Notes under the pieces: model-generated
The model's input: only the letters and a program-made list of their open reading frames with translations
Databases searched by the model: none
What the model was told of the DNA's origin: nothing
Made by a program: the position numbers and the translations under genes
Shown: positions 8,389-17,732 of the stretch, one piece after another
Layout of the letters: each line of letters opens with the position of its first letter
Numbering within the stretch: the stretch's first letter is position 1
Source of the DNA: Candidatus Dormiibacterota bacterium
GTDB lineage: Bacteria > Chloroflexota > Dormibacteria > Aeolococcales > Aeolococcaceae
DNA length: 64,000 bases
Assembly (NCBI GenBank): GCA_963799005.1
Contig: CAWCVK010000001.1
Coordinates: 2,012,066-2,076,065 of the forward strand
Direction of reading: 5' to 3'

Positions 8389-10273
8389 ACCCGAAACGAA
8401 CGAGCGCGATGGCGTCGGGCATATGCGCACTTGCCGCGGTCGTGTTAGTGGCCGCCGGCGTCTCTCGCGTCGGGGGATACATCCCGGTACTGGCTTCGAA
8501 TCAAACGGTTACGGTGGTCCCCACGGCCGACGCGTATGTGTCTGCGGCGGCGCCCACCACCAACTACGGAAGCGCGACCACGCTCACGGTGGGATCCAGT
8601 CCCGTGTATCACTCCTATCTGCTCTTCAGCATATCGGGACTGACGGGGACGGTTACGAGCGCGGAACTGATCCTTCACGCCGATACAGCCGGGAGCGGTG
8701 TCGCGCTCCATCAATCGCAAAGTACGACATGGAGTGAGTCGACCATTACCTATGCCAATGCTCCGACCTTCGGCTCTCTCCTGACACGCGATGGTCAGTT
8801 TCAATTCAGGCACATGGGTCACCCTCTCGGCGGGTGCGGTGGTGACCGGAAATGGTGCATACACGATGGTGCTCGACATCCGCAAGTGCCGCCCCGATCA
8901 GTTTCTCCAGCCGCGAGGCGGGAGCCTCGTTGTCACCAGAGCTTGTGATCACCGAAGCGCAGCCAACCCCCTCGCCAACACCGTTCCCGACCAAGATCCA
9001 GCACGTGGTCATCTTCTTTCAAGAGAATCACAGCTTCGACAATGTGCTGGGCATTCTCTGCGCCGAAAACGTCCGGGCAATGCCGTGCACCGGCGCCACC
9101 AGCGGGGTTCTCCCGGGCGGCTCGACCATCCCACTCAGTCAACCGCCCGACATCGTTCCCAATGGCGCGTACAGCCCGACGGCTCAGGCTGTCGCGATGG
9201 ACGGCGGTAGGATGGACGGCTGGCCGGGTCTGGGCACGTGCCGGCCGCCGAGCTATCCCTGCTACAGCGCCTATCGGCCAAGTCAGATTCCCAATGAGAC
9301 CGCTCTGGCAACCAAGTTCGCGGTCTCCGACATGACCTTCGAACTCAACCCTGTCCCGAGCTGGTCCGGACACATGGAGCTCGCATCGGGCACCCTCGAC
9401 GGCTTTCTCGGCTTCAACCCCACGTACAACACGAATCAGTCCCCATCACCGCCGGCCCAGGGTCCCGGGTGGGGTTGCGATTCCAATGAGGACTCGCCCT
9501 GGTCGTCCTCCGGAGCCGGAACGGGGACGATGGTGCCCTCCTGTATCCCCGATCCATCACTGGATCCCGCACGCTACCCCAACGGTGGCGCCTATCGGGC
9601 GACGCCGGTACAGCATGTCGATACGATCATGGATCGGCTGGACGCTGCCGGCTTGAGCTGGAAACTCTATGACAACAACTACATCTGGGCGATCTGCCCA
9701 ACATTCGCCGACTGCATCGACACCCCGCAAAGGACGAACATGGTCCCCACCAATCAGTTCCTCACAGATGCGCAGGGCGGCACGCTACCCAATCTCTCGA
9801 TTCTGCTTCCGTCAGGGGGCGTGACCGGGCAGACCTCGCAGCACAATGGCACATCGATGGCCAATGGCGACAACTGGATCGGGCAGGCGATGACCGCGCT
9901 CGAGAACGGTCCCGACTGGTTGTCGACGGCAGTCTTCATCACGTACGACGACATGGGGGGTTTCTACGATCAGGTGCCTCCCCCGTTCGCTGGCGCCGGG
10001 GTTCGCGTACCCATGGTGATCGTGAGTCCGTATGCCATTCACGGTTTCACAGATTCGACGCCGGCGACGTACGCTTCGATGCTTGCCTACGTCGAGCATG
10101 TCTTCACCCTGAGCCCGTTGGGGTCAGCCGATCGGACTGCGTACAATTACTCCAACTCATTCGACTATGCGCAGGCGCCCCTGTCCGGTGCGCCGATGAC
10201 GCGGCAGTCGATTCCGAAGGCAGAACAGGCGTACCTGCATGCGCATCCCCCAAACCCAAACGACTCAACATAG
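8382..10273 (+). pseudogene. Secreted DNRLRE/CBM96-like beta-sandwich domain fused to a phosphoesterase (PLC/AcpA, PF04185-type) domain; two frame breaks
   Basis: Anchor (ICALAAVVLVAAGV), then ..PTADAYVSAAAPTTNYGSATTLTV..SYLLFSISGL..TTWSESTITYANAP in frame 3. VSFNSGTWVTLSAGAVVTGNGAYTMVLD is in frame 1. ..ISFSSREAGASLSPELVI-PTPSPTP-IQHVVIFFQENHSFDN..GDNWIGQ..FITYDDMGGFYDQVPPP.. is in frame 2. The breaks are near 8790 and 8886. Confidence 0.7.
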
Positions 10274-10295
10274 TCGGTGCTCGGTTCGGTCGACC

Positions 10296-11513
10296 CTAAT
10301 ACGCGCTGACTCCATTGGGGGAACCGTTCCCGGTTGGCCCGTCGTACCCGGGTGTCGCCTGACAGAGGTATGTGCCGCAGGTACCGGTGTTGCCGGAGGT
10401 GATGTCGAACACTGACGCTCCGGTCTGGTACGTGGAGGATCCAAAGGACAGGCTCGCCGCGTTGCCGGCCAGCGCGTAAATACCGGCGATGATCGGAGTC
10501 GGCGCGCTCGTCCCGTATGCGATGACCCACCCGGGCTGGCTGTACGTGTCATATACAGCGAGGTACACGGCGACAGCCGCCGTGTCGACTTCCGTTCGCG
10601 TCGCACAACCCGAGTCGTGTTGCCAGGTGGGTTTCGGCTCGTACAAGGAGCATCCGCTGCTGGTTTTCTGCCATGCGGTTTCAGACCACCCGCGGCTGTT
10701 CGATGCCCGCATGAGCTTGGTCCCGCCGACAGCCGTCACATAGGGCGAGGCGGCAGGGTAGCTGGTTCCTCCCGCGTATGCATTATTGCCGGACGCGACG
10801 GTGATCATGATCCCGGGGTGGTCGTAGTGGACATCGAGACCTGTCTCGCCCTTGAACTCCTGACGCGCATAGCTGTTCGAGATCTCGGTGGCATGAAGTG
10901 CCGCTGCGGTGTCGACTCCGGTCGCGAGATTCGACAGGCTGGGGGTATTTGCCTCGACAAGAAGGATGTGGCAGTTCGGGCAGACGGCCGAGACCATGTC
11001 GATGTCGAGCGAGATCTCTCCCGCCCATCCTGCATCTGCGGGCGGGTACGCGGTCCCGCCGTACTCGTTGATCTTGCGGAAACAACCGCTGGCGCTGGTG
11101 CACGGCGGCAGGCCGAACGTCGAACGGTAGGTTGCGAGATCAGCCTCGGCGTTCGGGTCATCGTATGCGTCGACAACGGCCACGGTCTGGCCTGCACCCT
11201 TGGTGGAGGAGGCCTGTACTAGACGATACGCGTGCTGGAGGTCGGCCGGGCCATGGCCTGCCGGCGCCGTCGACGCCACGGCTTTTCCAGCGGCATCCGC
11301 AAGGAATGCGCCCTGACATTGAGCCATCCCGAATGTTGGCGGCCCGCAGAGCGGGTGGTAGGTTGCGCCTCGGTCACCTGCACTGGCTGCGGCGGGATTG
11401 AATCCGACAGCGCCCGTCAAGGGGAGCGCAACCATTGCGATGACCCACCCCAGCGCCGTCGTCACCGCCAATCGCGGCTGCCACATTCGCTTCACAATCC
11501 GTTCACGCTCCAT
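10296..11513 (-). CDS. Secreted S53 (sedolisin-family) serine peptidase
   Basis: Signal peptide MERERIVKRMWQPRLAVTTALGWVIAMVALPL. Further motifs are ..GQTVAVVDAYDDPNAEADLATYRSTFGLPPC.., E-x3-D (GEISLDIDMV), ISNSY and the catalytic-Ser motif AYGTSAPTPIIAG. ATG 11513 is preceded by GGGAGG. An alternative start is ATG 11486. Confidence 0.75.
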   Translation of the reverse strand: MERERIVKRMWQPRLAVTTALGWVIAMVALPLTGAVGFNPAAASAGDRGATYHPLCGPPTFGMAQCQGAFLADAAGKAVASTAPAGHGPADLQHAYRLVQASSTKGAGQTVAVVDAYDDPNAEADLATYRSTFGLPPCTSASGCFRKINEYGGTAYPPADAGWAGEISLDIDMVSAVCPNCHILLVEANTPSLSNLATGVDTAAALHATEISNSYARQEFKGETGLDVHYDHPGIMITVASGNNAYAGGTSYPAASPYVTAVGGTKLMRASNSRGWSETAWQKTSSGCSLYEPKPTWQHDSGCATRTEVDTAAVAVYLAVYDTYSQPGWVIAYGTSAPTPIIAGIYALAGNAASLSFGSSTYQTGASVFDITSGNTGTCGTYLCQATPGYDGPTGNGSPNGVSAY

Positions 11514-13036
11514 GCACGCAGCCTCCCTTTCCCGTCGCCGATATAGACGACACCGTGCGATATCGAAGCCGCTCCAAAGAATTCGGCCCCTACTCCTGTG
11601 CTGAAGAGGGGAGTGCCGCTCGACGAGGCGAGCACCGCAAAGGTTGTTCCTGCACCGACGACAGCAAGTCCCGGATCCGTGCTGACGGCACCAAAAATCG
11701 GCCCCCCAGGAAAGCCGTGCTGCCAAAGCGGCGCGGCGAAGTTGTTTGGATCGTATGCGCTGAGGCTGCCGTTGTAGGTGGTCCCGTTGATGGTCGTCTT
11801 GCCGCCTGCGATGTACAGCGTGCTTCCGTCCCAGGAGCTCGGCGAGATGCTCCCCAGCGCGGGATTACTGCCCCCGACAGCAACGCGCACGCGTGCAACC
11901 GGACCGGTGCTGATGTTGCTCTGATCGAGCACGTAATAGATGCCATTCTTGTTCGGAACGCCAACCAGCGAGCGCGGCTGCCCACCAGGAGCCACGGTGC
12001 CGGAGAACTGGGTGGGCGTGCTTCCGAAGTCAAAGTCACCACCCGGCAACTCCGGTGGAGGCACCTGCCAGGAACTCAACAGGCTCAGCGTCGCGCTGAG
12101 TTTGAGCACGGCCGTGGCGTACGGTTCCTTCTTGCACCCCCCGCCATTGCCGGTGGCGACATAGACGTCGCCGGATGTGTCCACTGATGCCGATCCCCAG
12201 ACGCTGGCGCCCTTGCAGCTCGGTGGCACCGTATAGAACGTGTGGAGCACAGCACCGCTGTTGGGGTCGAGCTGGGCCACCCCTCCCTGCACCAGTGGGC
12301 AGTCGCCAGTCGAGGAGATGCCTACGTACAGGCTGCCATTGGCGAGCACTGGTGAGCTCCACATGTAATGGCTCGGCGACGCACCCAGCGATGTCTGCCA
12401 GAGGATCGCGCCGCTCAATGCATCGAGAGCGAGCACCTGGGCGGTTCCGTTCGCGCTGATGGCACCGGTGATGTCGATGTTCCCGCCCCCGCCCACAAAC
12501 ACCACGCTGCGACTCACGCCGCCGATCAGCGCAGTGCCGGTCGCAGCCGCCGACGTGACTCCGTAGATCACACTCTGGGTCGGCGTGCCGCAACTGCTGG
12601 TGCGCCCGACGTAGGTGCTCCAGACCACTTGTCCGGACGTGTAGGTCTGAGCACCGATGGTGCAGGTCGATGCGCACAGTGCGTATTCGCTGCCGTTCCA
12701 TGAGCCCGCGTAGACAAGAGGCGAGCCCGCCTCCGTGGCCACGGTTGGTTGGGAGGCGATCCGGTTGAGACAGACGTCGGTGGTGCTGGGACAGACGGCG
12801 CCGTTGGCGAGCGCCACCGGCCAGCCCGTCCTCGACTTGAGATGGGCCACATTCGAGGGTGAGATCAGCGACTCGCTTGTGAATCCGCTTGCTGCGGCAT
12901 CGTGCAAGTAGGCCGGCCAATCGTCACCCGTTGGTTGCGCGGTGACGGTGTTGCCGGCCAGGATCAAGCCCAGCAATCCAACCGCGGTCCCCGCGGACCA
13001 CCGTAGGCCGCGGGGGCGCACCAGCGATCGCATCAC
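11492..13036 (-). CDS. Secreted Cys-rich beta-propeller protein (PQQ-like/BamB-like repeat family), paralog B
   Basis: 514-aa ORF. Signal (..GTAVGLLGLILAGNTVTA), then DDWPAYLHDAAASGFTSE. It is colinear with paralog A along its whole length (by-eye identity well above half), and the Cys positions are conserved. Confidence 0.8.
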   Translation of the reverse strand: MMRSLVRPRGLRWSAGTAVGLLGLILAGNTVTAQPTGDDWPAYLHDAAASGFTSESLISPSNVAHLKSRTGWPVALANGAVCPSTTDVCLNRIASQPTVATEAGSPLVYAGSWNGSEYALCASTCTIGAQTYTSGQVVWSTYVGRTSSCGTPTQSVIYGVTSAAATGTALIGGVSRSVVFVGGGGNIDITGAISANGTAQVLALDALSGAILWQTSLGASPSHYMWSSPVLANGSLYVGISSTGDCPLVQGGVAQLDPNSGAVLHTFYTVPPSCKGASVWGSASVDTSGDVYVATGNGGGCKKEPYATAVLKLSATLSLLSSWQVPPPELPGGDFDFGSTPTQFSGTVAPGGQPRSLVGVPNKNGIYYVLDQSNISTGPVARVRVAVGGSNPALGSISPSSWDGSTLYIAGGKTTINGTTYNGSLSAYDPNNFAAPLWQHGFPGGPIFGAVSTDPGLAVVGAGTTFAVLASSSGTPLFSTGVGAEFFGAASISHGVVYIGDGKGRLRAWSVNGL

Positions 13037-13295
13037 GCCAACGTAGCCCCCATGCTCGTGCCCTCCTGGCGGAGGATGTTAGGCGTCTTTCAGGAGCGTC
13101 GTCAAGCCCTGAAAGGCGTTGAAATATATGGAGAAAACCGGCATAAAAGCAGGCGAGACATCGCCGGTTTAATGGCGCCCGCACGCGGCTTGGGAATGGG
13201 GGTGTCGCACCCTCCAGCCCGCCTAGGCCTGCGCCACAGGAAGGCGGCGCACAGCGCTACTGTTGCTGCCCCAGGTTTGGACGAGGAGGACAGCA

Positions 13296-13673
13296 GTGCT
13301 TGAAGGTGCCACGGTTCACACGACCCTGCCGGCGATGGATGTCACGCGTGCGGCGCAGTTCTACACCGAGAAGGTCGGCGCGGTGCCTCGGGAGTCCGGA
13401 GAAGGAGGAGCGTTCTTCTCGGTCGGCAACTCCATGTTCAGCATCTACCCGACCCCGAATCCGAGCCGGGGCGGGCACACACAGATGGGGCTACGGGTCG
13501 CTGATGTTCGTGCGGCGGTGTCAGAACTGCGGTCACGCGGGGTCGTTTTCGAGGAGTACGACCTCCCGGGGCTGAAGACCGTGAAGGGCATTGCGGATGT
13601 TGGCGGCGTGTCCGCCGCATGGTTCAAAGACACCGAGGGCAACATCATCGGGGTCGTGCAAATCAACTTTTAG
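13296..13673 (+). CDS. VOC (glyoxalase/bleomycin-resistance/dioxygenase) family protein
   Basis: GTG 13296 is preceded by GAGGAGGA. The translation VLEGATVHTTLPAMDVTRAAQFYTEKVG..WFKDTEGNIIGVVQ is typical of small VOC proteins. Confidence 0.7.
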   Translation: MLEGATVHTTLPAMDVTRAAQFYTEKVGAVPRESGEGGAFFSVGNSMFSIYPTPNPSRGGHTQMGLRVADVRAAVSELRSRGVVFEEYDLPGLKTVKGIADVGGVSAAWFKDTEGNIIGVVQINF

Positions 13674-13960
13674 CTGCCGCGCTGAACGGTTGCCCGACGG
13701 TCAGCCAGGTTCAGGCAGGGGTAGTGGCGCCGCGTCGGCGGGAGCCTCAGCCCTCCGCGCGCGGCTAGGCACCCCAGCCATCCCACGCCCCTGCAGGAGC
13801 CTAATCCTCTTGTCGCGGTCCCTGCCCACCCAGCGACCCTGTTTCCGGCGGCCCGGTTCAGGCGAGCGACGAGACGGACCGTCCCCACACGGCCTGCCCG
13901 ATGGACTTCAATCGCGGCAAACGCTACCATTGTGAGTCGGAGGTTTTGGGGGACGAGGGG

Positions 13961-14149
13961 ATGAAAGTACTGCTCTCTCCGGCGGACCAGCAGCGTGCCC
14001 GGCAGTGGCTTGTCGACCTGTACGAGGATCTCGACGTGAGCCGCTACCCGTCGTGCGTACAGCTCCTGCGCGCGATCGATGAGGCGGCGCAGAGGGCTGA
14101 CAGCCTGATGCGGTTGGAGCACGCTCTGGAGCGGCTGCCGCGTCGCTGA
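13961..14149 (+). CDS. Hypothetical small protein (62 aa)
   Basis: ATG 13961 follows GGGGACGAGGGG. GC3 is high and the predicted protein is helical (MKVLLSPADQQRARQWLVDLYEDL..). No family recognised. The antisense ORF 13670..14155 looks like a shadow ORF. Confidence 0.35.
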   Translation: MKVLLSPADQQRARQWLVDLYEDLDVSRYPSCVQLLRAIDEAAQRADSLMRLEHALERLPRR

Positions 14150-14244
14150 CGGCAATAGCTCAGGTCCGTGGCCCGCCTTTTGGGCGCGTTGCTAACATCT
14201 GGTCGTCAGGCACCGTCAACCGAGCTCTCGAACTGGATCGCGAC

Positions 14245-14898
14245 ATGCACTTCACCCGACTCGAGGAATCCGACGACTATCGGCGTCAGCGCGAGGAGCT
14301 GCGAACCGCCGAACTGGACCTGGCGGATCACGTCGAGCGCGTCGCTGCGCTGCGCCGAAAACTGCCGGCCGACACTGCCGTCGACGACTACCCTTTGGTC
14401 GACGTTGTGAGCGGCGACAGCGTCCGGCTTTCCCAGCTTTTCAGCGCTCCGGATCGCGCACTGATCCTGTATCACTTCATGTATGGCAAGGCTCAGACTG
14501 AGCCCTGCCCGTTGTGCACGATGTGGATCGACGGCTACAACGCGGTGGCGCCTCACCTCACCCAGAACGTCGACTTCGCCGTGGTCGCCGCCGCCGACCC
14601 CGCTGCCATCAACGCCCACGCAGCGGCGCGCGGCTGGAGCAATCTGCGTCTGCTCAGTGCCGGCACCAGCACGTTCAAGTACGACCTCGGCAGCGAGGAG
14701 CCGGACGGCGCCCAGACGGAGTTGATCTCGGTATTCACCCAAGGCACTGACGGTCGCTTGCGCCATGTCCTCTCGAAGGGCGCACAGATGGCCGACAACC
14801 GCCGCGAGCGCGGCATCGACCTCCTCAGCCCGGTGTGGCATCTCCTCGATCTCACGCCAGGGGGAAGGGGCGACTGGTACCCCTCGCTGAAGTACTAG
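14245..14898 (+). CDS. DUF899 thioredoxin-fold protein
   Basis: ESDDYRRQREELRTAELDL..RRKLP..DYPLV..LSQLF..LILYHFMYG..CPLCTMWIDG..LLDLTPGGRGDWYP matches the DUF899 pattern end to end. Confidence 0.8.
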   Translation: MHFTRLEESDDYRRQREELRTAELDLADHVERVAALRRKLPADTAVDDYPLVDVVSGDSVRLSQLFSAPDRALILYHFMYGKAQTEPCPLCTMWIDGYNAVAPHLTQNVDFAVVAAADPAAINAHAAARGWSNLRLLSAGTSTFKYDLGSEEPDGAQTELISVFTQGTDGRLRHVLSKGAQMADNRRERGIDLLSPVWHLLDLTPGGRGDWYPSLKY

Positions 14899-15033
14899 AT
14901 CTGCGAGACGACAGGCAGGTTGTACCGCGGGCGGCGGAGTAACCCGAAATTCGGCGGGCTCGTTAAAGCGTGACCGAACCCGGGCGTCATCCGAAAAGGC
15001 GAGCCCCTATTGATCCTCTCGGTCACACCGCGA

Positions 15034-15645
15034 ATGGCCGGCTACGTCGCGATACCCCTGGTAGGTTGCCTCGCAGCGTGCGCAACCGCCAGCTCCGCGC
15101 CATCACCGGCGACGTCTCCGACACCGGCTCCCACGTTCAGTCCCACCAAGTCGCCGCGCCCGTCACCGACCCCAAGCGTTCCGGCTGGATGGACCGTGTA
15201 CACCAGTGTCACCCAGAAGGTCGCCTTTGATCTACCTCCAGGCTGGAAGGTGTATTGCGACGACAACGCGATTTCCAGCTGGCTCCTGGTCGATTCGGGT
15301 GGCCTCTACACCAGTTGTCCTCAAGGAGATGGTCAGGTCGGGATCTTCGTTGAATCCGTCGCTGGAGCTGCTCCGCCCCTCGGCATCACGCTCATCTCCA
15401 CAAATCCATCCCTGTACGGCAGCGTGCAAATCACAACAGTCAACGTGAATGGCGTGAGTGGCAGGCGGGTCTCGGGAGATCAAATTCACGGGCAGGGATC
15501 CGGGACATCGCAAGTTGAATATGACCTCGAGACGGGAGGGCGGACGTACTACGTTCTCGCCATCGTCGGTGGGATCGCCGGGACCAGGACGGCGACCGCG
15601 GCGCAGGTGGACCAGTTCGTGGCGACGTTCACGCTCGGCACTTGA
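15034..15645 (+). CDS. Hypothetical lipoprotein with Pro/Ser/Thr-rich linker
   Basis: MAGYVAIPLVGCLAAC contains the lipobox L-A-A-C, followed by SSAPSPATSPTPAPTFSPTKSPRPSPTP and a ~150-aa globular part. No family recognised. Confidence 0.6.
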   Translation: MAGYVAIPLVGCLAACATASSAPSPATSPTPAPTFSPTKSPRPSPTPSVPAGWTVYTSVTQKVAFDLPPGWKVYCDDNAISSWLLVDSGGLYTSCPQGDGQVGIFVESVAGAAPPLGITLISTNPSLYGSVQITTVNVNGVSGRRVSGDQIHGQGSGTSQVEYDLETGGRTYYVLAIVGGIAGTRTATAAQVDQFVATFTLGT

Positions 15646-15864
15646 TCCGGCGGCCGGCGGCTGCTGTTCCAGGATGTGCCCGAAGGCAAGTCCTGCAAGA
15701 ACCGCCTGCACATCGATGTCCACAGTGAACCTGGCGGCCTGGCCTCACTGGTGGCACGGCTGGAACGGCTGGGTGCGACGCGCGTCCGCGAGGTCGACAA
15801 GGGACCTGCCGGGCACTGGTGGATCATGCAGGACCCCGAAGGCAACGAGTTCTGCGCGGCGTAG
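15646..15864 (+). pseudogene. Remnant (C-terminal ~70 codons) of a Glyoxalase_6/VOC-like gene
   Basis: Directly after the lipoprotein stop, in the same frame: ..LLFQDVPEGKSCKNRLHIDVHSE..LERLGATRV..WWIMQDPEGNEFCAA. This is the conserved C-terminal half of ~120-aa glyoxalase-like proteins. No N-terminal half precedes it, and the only start is an internal GTG at 15676. Confidence 0.6.
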
Positions 15865-15941
15865 GTACAGCCCCACCCGCGCTGATCAGGCCTGCAGCTC
15901 GCCCCGGTGACCGGATCGCTTGCTGTGATAGAAATCCGGTG

Positions 15942-16514
15942 ATGGCCGAGATATTGCTATTCCACCACGCACAGGGCGCGACACCCGGATTCGTTGCGTT
16001 CGCCGACGAGCTCCGCGCAGCCGGGCATGTGGTTCACGCGCCGGATCTCTTCGAGGGCAAGACGTTCGTCACGGTCGACGAGGGCGTTGCCTACGCCAAG
16101 CAGGTCGGCTTCGACACGATCCTCGACCGGTGCCGGCTCGCCGCTGAGAACTTGCCGGGCCAGCTGGTCTATGCCGGCTTCTCGCTCGGCGTGATGGGAG
16201 CGCAGATGCTGGCCCAGACGCGTCCCGGCGCGAAAGGAGCCTTGCTGTTCAGCGCCGCGTTGCCGGCGTCAGAGTTCGGCGGCTTCTGGCCGCCGGGGGT
16301 TCCGCTCCAGATCCACATGATGGAGGCCGACGAATGGGCATTGGAGGACCTGCCCGCCGCGCGCGAGCTCGTTGCGACAGTCGATGGCGCGCAACTGTTC
16401 CTCTATCCCGGCGATAGCCATCTGTTCGCCGACAACAGCCTGCCCGACTACGACGAGGATGCCGCCAAGTTGCTCGGCCAACGCGTGCTGAGCTTCCTCG
16501 ACCACATCGAGTAG
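15942..16514 (+). CDS. Dienelactone hydrolase family protein
   Basis: From ATG 15942: MAEILLFHHAQGATPGFVAFADELRAAGHVVHAPDLFEGKTF..YAGFSLGV (nucleophile elbow)..LYPGDSHLFAD. Confidence 0.7.
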   Translation: MAEILLFHHAQGATPGFVAFADELRAAGHVVHAPDLFEGKTFVTVDEGVAYAKQVGFDTILDRCRLAAENLPGQLVYAGFSLGVMGAQMLAQTRPGAKGALLFSAALPASEFGGFWPPGVPLQIHMMEADEWALEDLPAARELVATVDGAQLFLYPGDSHLFADNSLPDYDEDAAKLLGQRVLSFLDHIE

Positions 16515-16531
16515 CGGCCGCCACCGGCCGC
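16514..16531. terminator. Short GC hairpin between convergent genes (candidate terminator)
   Basis: GCGGCCG-ccac-CGGCCGC, a perfect 7-bp stem starting at the last base of the dienelactone hydrolase stop codon. No U-tract. Confidence 0.3.
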
Positions 16532-16568
16532 GGCGATCCTCGCGAACGGTTCTGGGCAGACTGGGGCA

Positions 16569-16790
16569 CTATTTCGCGCGACTCCCTCGCTTGGACCGCC
16601 GAACGCTGACGGGCAGCATGACCAGCACGACAAGTGGCGTGACCCAGAATGCCGGGGCGTGAGCGGCGTTGAGCGCGGCCACGGCGGCCAGGCCGATTGC
16701 AACCGCCGCCGCCACCGTCCAGTCGTCGCCGATGATGAACCGATACCAGAACCGGCCAAAGCCGACCACCCACGACGTCACGCGCGTCAT
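16569..16790 (-). CDS. Small two-TM membrane protein (GDDW-type)
   Basis: 73-aa ORF with an ATGA overlap to the upstream COG4280-like gene (..FWYRFIIGDDWTVAAAVAIGLAAVAAL..). It resembles the C-terminal extension of the fused paralog at 32852..33901. Confidence 0.55.
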   Translation of the reverse strand: MTRVTSWVVGFGRFWYRFIIGDDWTVAAAVAIGLAAVAALNAAHAPAFWVTPLVVLVMLPVSVRRSKRGSRAK

Positions 16791-17533
16791 CTCGTGACCC
16801 GGCGGAGCCCGAGGCTGACGGCACCTCGGTGGGCACCTCGACGCTCGACGGCGATATTGATCGCGGCTGCGACCACATAGACGGCGAGCAGCCCGAGAAT
16901 CGCGGTGTCACCGCCGGGCCAGACCACGCCGAGACCCTCCGGTGCCCAGAACGAGCCGAATGTGCAAAGAAGGATGCCGACAACCAGCTGCAGGAAGCTG
17001 CGTGGAATGCGCACCACGATGCGCACCAGGGCGAGGCCGAGAGCACCCACCACCACCAGGGCAGCTGCGCCGCCGATCACCGCCGCCCCGAGCTGCCCGG
17101 CACTGGCACCGAGCGAGACGACGATGAACGCAATTTCCAGCCCCTCGAGCAGGACGCCCTTGAAGCCCAGAACGAAAGCCGTCCAGTCGACACCGTCCCC
17201 GGTCCACAGCTCGGCGTCCTGACCGGCGTCGATCTGAACGCCCGCAAGCCCCCGAGCCGCTACCCGGACCACCCCCTTGCGAAACCACTGCAGCCCGAAA
17301 ATCAGCAGCAGTGCTCCGATGACCAGCCGCAGGGGTGCGATCGGAATTGCGCTGAGCGCCAGGCCAAACCCGGCGACGAGAACCGCCAGCACAAGGAAGC
17401 CGGCCGCCGCCCCGAGGAGCGTCGAGCGCCAGCCACGAGTTGCGCCGACGCCGACCACGATCGTGACCATCTCGATGGCCTCGACCGCCGACGCCAGGAA
17501 GGTGATGATCAGCACGGGAACGACGGCGGTCAT
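16787..17533 (-). CDS. COG4280-like integral membrane protein (internally duplicated 3+3 TM, conserved intramembrane Glu pairs)
   Basis: From ATG 17533: MTAVVPVLIITFLASAVEAIEMVTIVVGVG..., with the second repeat FKGVLLEGLEIAFIVVSLG. The upstream 150 codons of track ORF 16787..17983 are Arg/Pro-rich and non-coding. Confidence 0.7.
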   Translation of the reverse strand: MTAVVPVLIITFLASAVEAIEMVTIVVGVGATRGWRSTLLGAAAGFLVLAVLVAGFGLALSAIPIAPLRLVIGALLLIFGLQWFRKGVVRVAARGLAGVQIDAGQDAELWTGDGVDWTAFVLGFKGVLLEGLEIAFIVVSLGASAGQLGAAVIGGAAALVVVGALGLALVRIVVRIPRSFLQLVVGILLCTFGSFWAPEGLGVVWPGGDTAILGLLAVYVVAAAINIAVERRGAHRGAVSLGLRRVTR

Positions 17534-17732
17534 GGATGCGACCCGGGCCCGCGGGCTTCTCCCGCGATCGCCGCCGCGCGCTCCGCCGAGAACACGTCGG
17601 TAAGGATGCCGGATTGCATCGGGCTGTACAACATCGCCCGGGCGGACTACGGGCCGGCGATTCGTGCCACGGCTGGCGCGGGACGCCGAGCAAACACCCG
17701 CCGAGCGCCGACGGGGTAGTGCTCGGGGCGCC

